A stretch of DNA of 48,645 nt from Candidatus Nomurabacteria bacterium RIFCSPLOWO2_01_FULL_39_17. Lineage in GTDB: Bacteria > Patescibacteriota > Minisyncoccia > Phycocordibacterales > UBA9973. The stretch lies in NCBI GenBank assembly GCA_001785805.1, contig MFUU01000010.1:1936-50580 (forward strand), read 5' to 3'. Below are positions 28,746 to 37,070 of this stretch, in pieces. How positions within the stretch are numbered: the stretch's first letter is position 1; each line of letters starts with the position of its first letter. The notes beneath the pieces are model-generated. The model made no database searches. It saw only the letters and a program-made list of their open reading frames with translations, and had not been told where the DNA came from. The translations under genes were made by a program, and so were the position numbers.

Positions 28746-30014
28746 ATGAAATTCTCCAAGAAAGTTTTAAAGAATGGCTTACGGGTGATTACAGTGCCGA
28801 TGAAAGATAATCCGACGGCGACAGTGCTGATACTCGTTGAAGCTGGTTCTAAATACGAGTCGAAAAAGGTGAATGGAATTTCACACTTTTTAGAGCATAT
28901 GTGCTTCAAGGGCACGGCTAAAAGGCCCAAAGCCATTGATATTTCAAAAGAATTGGACGCACTTGGTAGTCAATATAACGCTTTTACCGCGCAGGAATAT
29001 ACGGGCTACTATGCGAAATCCGATGCGAAACATTTTAAGCAGATTTTCAATATTGTTTCTGATATCTATCTTAATTCCACTTTTCCGGATATGGAAATGC
29101 AAAAAGAAAAAGGAGTGATTATTGAAGAAATAAACATGTATGAAGATATGCCTCAACGACATGTGCAAGATTTGATGATGAAATTGCTTTATGGTAATCA
29201 GCCGGCAGGCTGGAGTATAGCCGGCGAAAAGAAAAATATTCTCAATATGAAACGCAACGAGCTTGTTAAATACAAAAATCAGCACTATCTGCCGGAAGCC
29301 ACAGTACTTGTAATTTCAGGGCAAGTGGCGGAAAAGGAAGTAATAAAAGAAGTGAATAAAATTTTTGATAAAATTCCAAGGGGCGAAAAGGTGCAGAAGA
29401 TTACGACGAAAGACATGCAAACGAGACCCAAAATTCTGGTTAAGTTTAAAAAGACAGACCAGACGCATTTTGTTCTCGGTGTTCGCACGTATGATTTATT
29501 CAGTAAAAAGAACCCCGTACTGTCAGTCCTGGCTGGCGTGCTCGGCGGCGGAATGAGTTCCAGACTTTTTCAAAAGTTTCGCGAAGAAATGGGGGTGGGA
29601 TACTATGTTCGTGCTTATAATGACGCTTATACCGACCACGGATTTTTCCAGATTTCTGCCGGTGTGGACAATAAAAGAATTGATGAAGTGATACAAGCCG
29701 TCTTAGAAGAATGTAGAAAATTAAAAGTTGTAAAAGTGAGTGAAGAAGAATTAAATAAAGCAAAAGAGTGTTTAATAGGCAATATGAAACTTTCTCTAGA
29801 GTCTACTGACGACATTGCGAATTTTTTCGGCGGGCAGGAACTCTTAAAACGCGAACTCTATAATGTAGAATATAAGGCACAGGAAATACGCAGAGTTACC
29901 GCAAGTCAAGTTCAAGATCTGGCGAATAATATTTTTAAGAATGAAGGGCTTAATTTAGCCCTGATAGGTCCTTTTAAAGAAAACTCAAAATTTCTGCAAA
30001 TACTAAAATTCTAA
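28746..30014 (+). CDS. M16 (pitrilysin) family zinc peptidase
   Basis: 422 aa. Inverted zinc motif HFLEHMCFKG plus a downstream EE. Confidence 0.85.
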   Translation: MKFSKKVLKNGLRVITVPMKDNPTATVLILVEAGSKYESKKVNGISHFLEHMCFKGTAKRPKAIDISKELDALGSQYNAFTAQEYTGYYAKSDAKHFKQIFNIVSDIYLNSTFPDMEMQKEKGVIIEEINMYEDMPQRHVQDLMMKLLYGNQPAGWSIAGEKKNILNMKRNELVKYKNQHYLPEATVLVISGQVAEKEVIKEVNKIFDKIPRGEKVQKITTKDMQTRPKILVKFKKTDQTHFVLGVRTYDLFSKKNPVLSVLAGVLGGGMSSRLFQKFREEMGVGYYVRAYNDAYTDHGFFQISAGVDNKRIDEVIQAVLEECRKLKVVKVSEEELNKAKECLIGNMKLSLESTDDIANFFGGQELLKRELYNVEYKAQEIRRVTASQVQDLANNIFKNEGLNLALIGPFKENSKFLQILKF

Positions 30015-30047
30015 GTTTTTTTACCGTAAGTATTTTAAGTATTTTTG

Positions 30048-30056
30048 TGGTATTAT
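30048..30056 (+). promoter_or_regulatory. Extended -10 box TGGTATTAT, 6 nt upstream of ATG 30063
   Basis: TGn plus TATTAT. The ORF-track start at 30045 is a GTG inside this box. Confidence 0.4.
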
Positions 30057-30062
30057 ACTTTT

Positions 30063-31139
30063 ATGTTTGAAAGGATTAACACCAGTCATATTTCAATATC
30101 TACCGGCACAATAATACGGGCTGTTTTAGTCCTTCTTGGGATTTTATTGATTTGGATTTTAAGGAATTTAGTCCTTGTGCTTCTCACCGCTATTGTGATA
30201 GCTTCTTTTGTTGAGTCGGCGGTCCCATTTTTAAAAAAGATAAAGATCAACCGAATTGTCGGGATAGTCATTTTATATATTATTTGCCTTGTTGTTTTTG
30301 CCGGATTGTTTTATCTTTTTGCTCCGCTTCTTATAACTGAAATTTTTAATTTTTCTTCTTTTCTTTCTTCTTATATACCCGGTATTAGCTTCCTTGATTA
30401 TTTCCAGAGTGATGAATTCTCGGGCGCAAAGGAGATTGTTGCCAATCTGCCCCAGAATGTATCGCTCTCTACGCTTCTTTCTGTGTCAAAAGCTTTCGTA
30501 GTCAACCTCTCCGGCGGATTTTTCCAGACACTCTCGGTGGCCTTCGGGGGCATCTTTAATGTAATATTAATCGTTCTTATTTCTTTCTATCTTTCGATTC
30601 AAGAAAGGGGTATAGAAAATTTTCTACGAATAATTTTACCTATTCAATATGAAGAATATGCGATAGATTTATGGCAGCGCTCCAGTCGTAAAATTGCTCT
30701 TTGGGTGAAGGGGCAAATGCTTCTTGGACTTATCGTTACTGTTTTAATTTATCTTGTACTTTCTTTATTGGGGATGAAATATGCGCTTCTCTTAGCAATT
30801 ATCGCAGGTGTAATGGAACTTGTGCCCTACGGTATTTTAGTTGCTCTCATTCCGGCAGTTTCTTTTTCTTATATTTCCGGGGGGATTTCAAGCGCATTTA
30901 TGGTGGCTGGCGCTTACATCATTATTCATCAATTCGAAGTTTTCTTATTTGCTCCGTTAGTTATAAAAAGCGTGGTTGGTTTATCGCCGATTGTCATTAT
31001 ACTTTCCGCCTTGATAGGTTTTGAGCTGGCTGGTTTCTGGGGGGTGTTGCTGGCTATTCCCTTTGCCGTTCTATTTGTAGAATTAATGAACGATATTGAA
31101 AAGCACAAGAATTTTACCAGAACCAGCAATGAAAAATAG
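30063..31139 (+). CDS. AI-2E family (PerM/UPF0118) membrane transporter
   Basis: About 358 aa polytopic membrane protein with the conserved ELVPYG-like segment ([14 protein letters not shown]). Confidence 0.75.
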   Translation: MFERINTSHISISTGTIIRAVLVLLGILLIWILRNLVLVLLTAIVIASFVESAVPFLKKIKINRIVGIVILYIICLVVFAGLFYLFAPLLITEIFNFSSFLSSYIPGISFLDYFQSDEFSGAKEIVANLPQNVSLSTLLSVSKAFVVNLSGGFFQTLSVAFGGIFNVILIVLISFYLSIQERGIENFLRIILPIQYEEYAIDLWQRSSRKIALWVKGQMLLGLIVTVLIYLVLSLLGMKYALLLAIIAGVMELVPYGILVALIPAVSFSYISGGISSAFMVAGAYIIIHQFEVFLFAPLVIKSVVGLSPIVIILSALIGFELAGFWGVLLAIPFAVLFVELMNDIEKHKNFTRTSNEK

Positions 31140-32562
31140 TTTCTTTATTACGACAACAATTCCTTATGTGAATGCCAATCCTCACATTGGTTTTGCTCTT
31201 GAACTTGTGCAATCGGATGCCATTGCTCGATATAAACGTCTTCTTGGACAGGATGTCTTTTTTAGCACGGGGACGGATGAATATGGCCAGAAAATTTTTG
31301 CAGCAAGTGTTAAAGAAGGCAAGAATATTCAAGATTATGTAGACCACTATGCGCAAAAATTTCTAGATTTAAAAAATACGCTTAATCTTTCATGTGATAA
31401 TTTTATCAGAACCACTAGTCCCGAGCATGTGCTTGCGGCGCAAGAATTCTGGCGCCTGTGTGATAAAAAAGGAGATATTTATAAAAAAATATACACAGGA
31501 CTTTACTGCATTGGCTGCGAAAAATTTATTACCGGGAAAGATATTGCAGATGATAAATGTATGCTGCACCCCAATCAAAAACTTGAAACTGTTGAAGAAG
31601 AGAATTATTTTTTCCGACTAGAAAATTACAAAAAACAACTTCTAGAATATTTAAATGGCGAGAAAGTTATTTTCCCGGAGTGGCGCCGGAAGGAAGCGAT
31701 TGATTTTGTAGAGAATGCAATGGAAGACTTTTCAATTTCCCGCAAGAAAGAACGTTTGTCCTGGGGAATACCGATCCCGGGGGACGATACACAAGTTATG
31801 TATGTTTGGTTTGGCGCTTTTGTGAATTATATTTCAACATTGGGCTGGCCGGGGAAAAAAGATAATTTTGATAAATTTTGGTTAAGTGGAGAGAAAGTTC
31901 AAACTGCCGGTAAAGATATGGTTAAATTCCAGTCGGTAATGTGGCAGGGGATGCTAATGTCTGCCGGGATGCCCACGACCGATACCATTGTCTACCATGG
32001 CTTTATTACAGGAGAGGGTGGCATAAAGATGTCTAAATCTCTGGGCAATGTGATAAATCCGAATGAAATTGTGAAAGAATACGGCACCGACGCGCTTCGA
32101 TATTTTCTTCTTCGCGAGATTTCTACCTTTGAAGATAGTCCTTTTACTATGGAGCGCTTCAAAGATGCTTACAATGCAGGACTTGCGAATGGTTTAGGGA
32201 ATTTAACTTCTAGAATTATAAAAATGGCTGAAGATAATCTATCTCAACCCGTGGATATATTTTCACTTCGCCCCGATGCAAAATTTATAAAGCATATGGA
32301 AAATTTCGACACTCAAAAATCTATTGAGCTCGTCTGGCTATGGATTGGCGAACTTGATTCAATTATTCAATCAGAAGAACCTTTCAAATTAGTAAAAACC
32401 AATCCCAAAAAAGCTAAAGAAATTATAACAAAACTAGTTCTTGGATTAGATAACATAGCTGAACATTTAAAATATTTTCTTCCAGAGACATCAGAAAAAA
32501 TACAAGAATCAATTACAGAAAACAAGAAACCCGAGAAGCCATTATTTTTACGTAAAGATTAA
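31129..32562 (+). CDS. metG: Methionine--tRNA ligase
   Basis: [15 protein letters not shown] (HIGH), CIGCEKF knuckle, KMSKSLGN. Start at ATG 31129 overlaps the upstream gene by 11 nt. Confidence 0.9.
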   Translation: MKNSFFITTTIPYVNANPHIGFALELVQSDAIARYKRLLGQDVFFSTGTDEYGQKIFAASVKEGKNIQDYVDHYAQKFLDLKNTLNLSCDNFIRTTSPEHVLAAQEFWRLCDKKGDIYKKIYTGLYCIGCEKFITGKDIADDKCMLHPNQKLETVEEENYFFRLENYKKQLLEYLNGEKVIFPEWRRKEAIDFVENAMEDFSISRKKERLSWGIPIPGDDTQVMYVWFGAFVNYISTLGWPGKKDNFDKFWLSGEKVQTAGKDMVKFQSVMWQGMLMSAGMPTTDTIVYHGFITGEGGIKMSKSLGNVINPNEIVKEYGTDALRYFLLREISTFEDSPFTMERFKDAYNAGLANGLGNLTSRIIKMAEDNLSQPVDIFSLRPDAKFIKHMENFDTQKSIELVWLWIGELDSIIQSEEPFKLVKTNPKKAKEIITKLVLGLDNIAEHLKYFLPETSEKIQESITENKKPEKPLFLRKD

Positions 32563-32563
32563 T

Positions 32564-33403
32564 ATGCCCAAGTATATAGACATACACTCCCACGTTAATT
32601 TTAAGGCCTTTGATGCAGATAGAGATGAAGTAATAAAACGGGCGCTTGCAGAAGATACTTGGGTAATAAATGTCGGCACACAAGTAGATACTTCAAGGAA
32701 AGCTGTTGAGATGGCGCATCAATACGAGAAGGGTGTGTACGCAATCATTGGACTTCACCCTATACATACTGGTGCATCTTTTCACGATGAGAAAGAATTG
32801 GGCGAGAGTGGCAAGGAGTTTACTTCTCGCGGAGAAGTTTTTGACGAAGAAGTTTATAGGAAACTTTTAGCAGACCCGAAGACGGTAGCGATAGGAGAAT
32901 GCGGGCTAGACTATTATCATCTTGATAAAGAATCTATCGTGAAGCAGAAAGAAGCTTTTTTCGCGCAGATAGAATTGGCGAATGAATTGGGTAAGCCGCT
33001 GATGCTACATATTCGCAATAATCCGAAAGAAAAGAAAAACAATGCGTATCTTGATTCATTAAAACTCTTAAAAAAACATTCTAAGGTTAAGGGAGATGTT
33101 CATTTTTTTGCCGGAACTTTGGAAGAAGCTAGAATGTTCGTAGACTTTGGTTTTACCCTTTCTTTTACAGGAGTTATAACTTTTACGAATGATTATGATG
33201 AAATTATAAGGAATACACCGCTTAATATGATTATGTCCGAAACGGACGCCCCATATGTCTCTCCGGCGCCGTATCGGGGCAAGCGCAATGAGCCCTCGTA
33301 TGTAAGGGAAGTGGTTAAAAAAATAGCCCAAGTGAAGGATTTGTCGGAGAACGAAGTCGCAGAAACAATAATTGCAAATGCCAAACGAGTGTTCGGGATT
33401 TAG
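32564..33403 (+). CDS. TatD family metal-dependent hydrolase/DNase
   Basis: 279 aa. IDIHSHVNF, GECGLDY, HIRN, HFF and SETDAPY motifs. Confidence 0.85.
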   Translation: MPKYIDIHSHVNFKAFDADRDEVIKRALAEDTWVINVGTQVDTSRKAVEMAHQYEKGVYAIIGLHPIHTGASFHDEKELGESGKEFTSRGEVFDEEVYRKLLADPKTVAIGECGLDYYHLDKESIVKQKEAFFAQIELANELGKPLMLHIRNNPKEKKNNAYLDSLKLLKKHSKVKGDVHFFAGTLEEARMFVDFGFTLSFTGVITFTNDYDEIIRNTPLNMIMSETDAPYVSPAPYRGKRNEPSYVREVVKKIAQVKDLSENEVAETIIANAKRVFGI

Positions 33404-33425
33404 GGTTGCGTTTTTAAGGGGTTTT

Positions 33426-33434
33426 TGCTAGTAT
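33426..33434 (+). promoter_or_regulatory. Extended -10 box TGCTAGTAT, 7 nt upstream of ATG 33442
   Basis: The same 9-mer is found 7 nt upstream of the efp ATG on the other strand. Confidence 0.35.
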
Positions 33435-33441
33435 GAAATCC

Positions 33442-33936
33442 ATGTCAGATAAAGATTTAGACTTAGAAGACAACGCAGATTCTCGAATTTACGAGGTTGG
33501 GTATCTTTTAGTGCCCACGATAGAAGAGGGTGGAATTCCGGCTGTCTATGGTAATTTAAAAGAACTTGTTCTAAGCTTAAGCGGACAAGTTATTTCAGAT
33601 GAAATTCCAAGAATGCGAGAGCTTGCTTATACTCTAGGTAAAGACGTGCAAAATGTACGCAATAAATTTGATACTGCCTACTTTGGCTGGACTAAATTTG
33701 AAATGGAACCGGAAAAAGTTCTAGAACTAAAAAAGAAATTAGATCTTGACTCAAACTTTTTGAGATTTTTAATAATAAAGACAATAAAAGAAAATACTGT
33801 CGCCGCTAGAAGATTTATTCGTCGGGATACAATTCATCGCAAAACTCCAGGCGTGGGTGGAACGGATATCGGAGTTCCAGTAGAAATAAATAAAGAAGAG
33901 ATTGATAAAGAAATAGAAGCTATGGTGGCGATATAA
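33442..33936 (+). CDS. rpsF: 30S ribosomal protein S6 with a C-terminal extension
   Basis: YEVGYLLVP core and conserved rpsF-ssb-rpsR order. An alternative in-frame ATG at 33433 overlaps the putative -10 box. Confidence 0.8.
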   Translation: MSDKDLDLEDNADSRIYEVGYLLVPTIEEGGIPAVYGNLKELVLSLSGQVISDEIPRMRELAYTLGKDVQNVRNKFDTAYFGWTKFEMEPEKVLELKKKLDLDSNFLRFLIIKTIKENTVAARRFIRRDTIHRKTPGVGGTDIGVPVEINKEEIDKEIEAMVAI

Positions 33937-33965
33937 TTATTAGTAAAAAGTTGTAAAGTAAAACA

Positions 33966-34415
33966 ATGTATTTAAACAAAGCAATTGTAATAGGAAATCT
34001 TACCCGCGACCCGGAGCTTCGTTCGCTTCCATCCGGTGTAAAAGTTTGTTCATTTTCTCTTGCCACGAATCGTGTCTGGAAAGATAAGAACGGCGCGCGT
34101 CAAGAATCCGCAGATTATCATAATATTGTGGTTTTCGGGCGTCAGGCAGAAACAGTAGCGCAATATATGAAAAAAGGCAGTTCGATGCTGATAGAAGGTA
34201 GAATGCAGACCAGAAGTTGGGAAGATAAAACCAGCGGAGAGAAGAAGTATCGCACGGAGATAGTTGCCGATCGCACGCAGTTCGGCCCCAAGGGAGGTGC
34301 CAGTAGCGGGGGACAAACCACAAATGGCAAAGCTCAACCAGCCACCGGATCCGAAGATGTTGACACGATAGAATACCCAGAGGAAGATATTAACCCGGAA
34401 GACATACCGTTCTAG
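33966..34415 (+). CDS. ssb: Single-stranded DNA-binding protein
   Basis: 149 aa. OB-fold N-terminus MYLNKAIVIGNLTRDPELR, Gly-rich linker, acidic tail ending in EDIPF. Confidence 0.92.
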   Translation: MYLNKAIVIGNLTRDPELRSLPSGVKVCSFSLATNRVWKDKNGARQESADYHNIVVFGRQAETVAQYMKKGSSMLIEGRMQTRSWEDKTSGEKKYRTEIVADRTQFGPKGGASSGGQTTNGKAQPATGSEDVDTIEYPEEDINPEDIPF

Positions 34416-34464
34416 TTATAAAGTAGAAAGTTCGTAAAGTTATAAAGAAAATACAAAATAACAA

Positions 34465-34665
34465 ATGAAACAAGATTACTTTTCGACCAACAATATAAAA
34501 TATATAGACTATAAAGATATTGAAATTTTAAAGAAGTTTCTGAATCCAAACGGTAAAATCATAAGCCACAAGCGTACTGGTGTGACGTCCAGAAACCAGC
34601 GCAAACTCGCTACAGCTATCAAAAACGCTCGTTTTTTGGGCCTTTTGCCCTTTGTCGCTAAATAG
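34465..34665 (+). CDS. rpsR: 30S ribosomal protein S18
   Basis: 66 aa. YIDYKD...LKKFL...GKIISHKRTGV...QRKLATAIKNARFLGLLPF. Confidence 0.9.
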   Translation: MKQDYFSTNNIKYIDYKDIEILKKFLNPNGKIISHKRTGVTSRNQRKLATAIKNARFLGLLPFVAK

Positions 34666-34674
34666 AAATTCATA

Positions 34675-34769
34675 AAAAATCTCTAAAAAAGAGCACGAAT
34701 ATTTTTCTGCTGAAAAATTTCTCAAGACTCGCGCCGTCGCGCTCCATAGTCTCTTTTTGTGAGATTTTT
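34675..34769 (+). repeat. Nested-hairpin interspersed element, family 2, copy 2 (between convergent rpsR and efp)
   Basis: Outer arms AAAAATCTCTAAAAAAGAG / CTCTTTTTGTGAGATTTTT enclose GCACGAATATTTTTCTGCTGAAAAATTTCTCAAGACTCGCGCCGTCGCGCTCC. Confidence 0.75.
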
Positions 34770-34775
34770 TATTTC

Positions 34776-35354
34776 CTATACTCTTTCCACGTATTCTCCA
34801 GTTTCAGTGTTTACGCGGATAGTATCTCCTTCGTTTATAAACATCGGAACATTTAGAGTTGCTCCGTTTTCGAGGGTGATTATTTTCATCCCTCCCTTTG
34901 AAGTGTCTCCGCGGACGGCCGGCGGAGCTTCTTTTACCTTAAATTCCATTTTAATCGGCAGGGTCACTTTTATAATCTTCTCTTCGCCGTCATTATTCCA
35001 AACCAAAGCAATAGCGTTGCTGTTCTGTTTTAAGAATTTCATCGTATCTCCGATTAAGGATTCTGTAAGTTTAAATCTGTTGCTTTTATCATTCGGATTG
35101 CAGAACCAATATTCTCCCCTGTTTGCATATAAAAACGCAACATCTCTTTTTTCAATCTCCGCTTCATACGCAGAATCAGCCACGTGGAACGTAGCGGGGA
35201 AAACCTTACCTGAAATCAGACTTCTTAATTTCACCTGATTTTGCGGTTTGCGCTGTTGGGTGCGGGCGACATGACTCTCCACTACTTCGCAGGGCTCGTC
35301 ATCATAAATAATTATTTTCTTTTCACGAATTTCGCTGTATTGAAGTTGAGACAT
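34776..35354 (-). CDS. efp: Translation elongation factor P, with a divergent modification loop
   Basis: 192 aa from ATG 35354 (the ORF-track TTG at 35360 is less likely). C-terminal GDTIRVNTETGEYVERV is typical of EF-P. Confidence 0.88.
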   Translation of the reverse strand: MSQLQYSEIREKKIIIYDDEPCEVVESHVARTQQRKPQNQVKLRSLISGKVFPATFHVADSAYEAEIEKRDVAFLYANRGEYWFCNPNDKSNRFKLTESLIGDTMKFLKQNSNAIALVWNNDGEEKIIKVTLPIKMEFKVKEAPPAVRGDTSKGGMKIITLENGATLNVPMFINEGDTIRVNTETGEYVERV

Positions 35355-35361
35355 AGGCAAT

Positions 35362-35370
35362 ATACTAGCA
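35362..35370 (-). promoter_or_regulatory. Extended -10 box TGCTAGTAT (minus strand), 7 nt upstream of the efp ATG
   Basis: Minus-strand reading is TGCTAGTAT-ATTGCCT-ATG. No Shine-Dalgarno. Confidence 0.4.
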
Positions 35371-35404
35371 GAACAATTTTAAAAATCAAATTTTAATTTG
35401 AGTG

Positions 35405-35482
35405 GAAGTTTGGTGTTTTATGAATGGTCTGGCTGGGATAGGGACCCAGAGATCCGAGGACCTGAATAAAATACCAAACTTC
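35405..35482 (+). repeat. Family 1 nested-hairpin element, long-form copy D
   Basis: GAAGTTTGGTGTTTTAT-GAATGGTCTGGCTGGGATAGGGACCCAGAGATCCGAGGACCTGA-ATAAAATACCAAACTTC. Lies between the recA stop and the efp start. Confidence 0.85.
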
Positions 35483-35522
35483 TGCGAGATAAATATTCGC
35501 GCTCTAAAATCTTATAATTTCT

Positions 35523-36566
35523 TTACGACTCCTCTTCAGCGAACTTTTTTCTAATTTCCTTCAGGATTTGGTCTCCGATTTTTTTATTTTCTTTCAAGAA
35601 TGTTCGGGTAGCATCATAACCCACACCCAACTTAACTTTCTCTTTCGCTTCACCTCTCGGCGCATAAAAGTATGAATTTCCGCTTTTTTCTACGATCTTG
35701 AACTTTTCTCCCAAGGCCATGATTTCTCCTTCTTTAGAGATTCCCTCGTTATAAATAATATCAAATTCTGTTTGCTTAAAAGGTGCAGCCACTTTATTTT
35801 TCACGACTTTTACCCGCGTACGGCTTCCCACTACTTCCTCTCCTTTTTTGATTTGGGCGATTTTTCTAATATCAAGGCGGACCGAAGTATAGAATTTCAG
35901 CGCCTTACCCCCGGGAGTAGTTTCTGGATTACCAAACATCACTCCGATTTGCATCCTGATTTGATTGATGAAGATTACAACGGTTTTAGATCTAGCAACT
36001 ATGGCGGTTAATTTGCGGAGCGCTTGCGACATCAGACGGGCTTGTTTTCCCACATGATATGCTCCCATGTCGCCTTCTATCTCGTCTTTCGGCGTCAACG
36101 CTGCCACTGAATCTACCACTACTACATCAATTTTTCCTGTTCGTACCAAGGACTCCACTATTTCAAGCGCCTGTTCACCATTGTCCGGCTGGGAAATCAA
36201 CAGATTATTTATATTTACCCCAAGTTTTTTTGTGTATTCAGGGTCCATTGCGTGCTCGGCATCTATATAGGCGCAAACCCCGCCTTTTTTCTGCGCTTCG
36301 GCAACGATATGTAAAGATAGTGTGGTTTTTCCGGAAGACTCCGGTCCAAATATTTCAATAATCCTACCCCGCGGAATTCCCCCAACACCGAGTGCCATAT
36401 CCAGCCCAATGGAACCGGTGGGAATTACATTGATATCCACTTTTGGCGAATCGCCAAACTTCATAATAGCGCCCTCGCCGAATTTTGTCTGGATTGCCTT
36501 GACGGTATCGTCCAGCATTGATATTCCTACTCCTTTATCTTCTTTTTTCTCTTTTTTCTTCAACAT
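35523..36566 (-). CDS. recA: Recombinase RecA
   Basis: 347 aa. Walker [26 protein letters not shown] and [19 protein letters not shown]. Confidence 0.95.
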   Translation of the reverse strand: MLKKKEKKEDKGVGISMLDDTVKAIQTKFGEGAIMKFGDSPKVDINVIPTGSIGLDMALGVGGIPRGRIIEIFGPESSGKTTLSLHIVAEAQKKGGVCAYIDAEHAMDPEYTKKLGVNINNLLISQPDNGEQALEIVESLVRTGKIDVVVVDSVAALTPKDEIEGDMGAYHVGKQARLMSQALRKLTAIVARSKTVVIFINQIRMQIGVMFGNPETTPGGKALKFYTSVRLDIRKIAQIKKGEEVVGSRTRVKVVKNKVAAPFKQTEFDIIYNEGISKEGEIMALGEKFKIVEKSGNSYFYAPRGEAKEKVKLGVGYDATRTFLKENKKIGDQILKEIRKKFAEEES

Positions 36567-36575
36567 AATAATTTC

Positions 36576-36641
36576 GCGGGAAATACTTTTTATAAGGTCC
36601 TCGGAAAAAATCCCCAGACCATTCTAAAAAGTATTTCCCGC
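36576..36641 (-). repeat. Family 1 nested-hairpin element, short-form copy C
   Basis: Perfect 17-bp arms GCGGGAAATACTTTTTA / TAAAAAGTATTTCCCGC around TAAGGTCCTCGGAAAAAATCCCCAGACCATTC. Lies 9 nt upstream of the recA ATG and contains the stop codon of the upstream ORF. Confidence 0.88.
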
Positions 36642-36986
36642 TTCATATATTAATTTATAATTTTTTTCATTTATATTTCCAAATTTATCTTTGGCTGTTA
36701 TATTAACTATATTATAGCCCGAAAGCAAAACAATTGTTTCATTGAAATTTCCATCTTTGTCTATTGAAATTTCTCTGCCATTTAGGCTCAAGTTTATCGC
36801 ATTTTTAGCATTCCCGTGTACCTCCATGACGCTATTGGTAACTCTTGCTCCATCTGTTAGGTTTACATTTCTTATTTTTACTCCGAAAATCAAATTTTTT
36901 GACACGAAAAAAGCGTAGATTATAATAAAAATAAAAAAGACAGACAACACGCCGATTTTTAATATTTTTTTTACATCTTGATTCAT
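36624..36986 (-). CDS. Small membrane-anchored protein with an Ig-like/beta-sandwich ectodomain, function unknown
   Basis: 120 aa. N-terminal TM helix ILKIGVLSVFFIFIIIYAFFV. The last five codons and the stop lie inside repeat copy C. Confidence 0.5.
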   Translation of the reverse strand: MNQDVKKILKIGVLSVFFIFIIIYAFFVSKNLIFGVKIRNVNLTDGARVTNSVMEVHGNAKNAINLSLNGREISIDKDGNFNETIVLLSGYNIVNITAKDKFGNINEKNYKLIYEAGNTF

Positions 36987-36997
36987 TTTCTTTTGTA

Positions 36998-37063
36998 GCA
37001 GGAATTACTTTTACGAATGGTCTGGGGATTTTTTCCGAGGATCTGAGAAAAAGAAATTCCTGC
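36998..37063 (+). repeat. Family 1 nested-hairpin element, short-form copy B
   Basis: GCAGGAATTACTTTTAC-GAATGGTCTGGGGATTTTTTCCGAGGATCTGA-GAAAAAGAAATTCCTGC. Lies between the ftsK stop and the next gene start. Confidence 0.88.
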
Positions 37064-37070
37064 GAAAAAA

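Noticed and set aside
34759-35238. 159-aa plus-strand ORF overlapping efp
   Set aside because: It is fully antisense to a clear EF-P gene, has a low-complexity Ser/Phe/Ile-rich translation and has no promoter or RBS context.
35420-35554. Small peptide reading frame in family 1 elements (MNGLAGIGT..ED in copies D and E; [10 protein letters not shown] in A, B, C)
   Set aside because: The frame is shared because the DNA is shared. Copy D's 44-codon ORF is antisense to the recA/efp operon with no RBS. Copies occur in both orientations, and the covariation fits hairpin pairing better than peptide conservation. The in-frame read-through into HIT (copy E) is noted as a start-site ambiguity only.
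35772-36627. Plus-strand ORFs overlapping recA (35772-36011, 36059-36361, 36067-36270, 36322-36627)
   Set aside because: They are antisense to an unmistakable recA. The last one runs into repeat copy C.
35405-37063. CRISPR array hypothesis for the recurring hairpin repeats
   Set aside because: Copies are separated by whole genes at irregular distances of hundreds to thousands of nt and occur in both orientations. They have copy-specific arms, and no cas genes are present.
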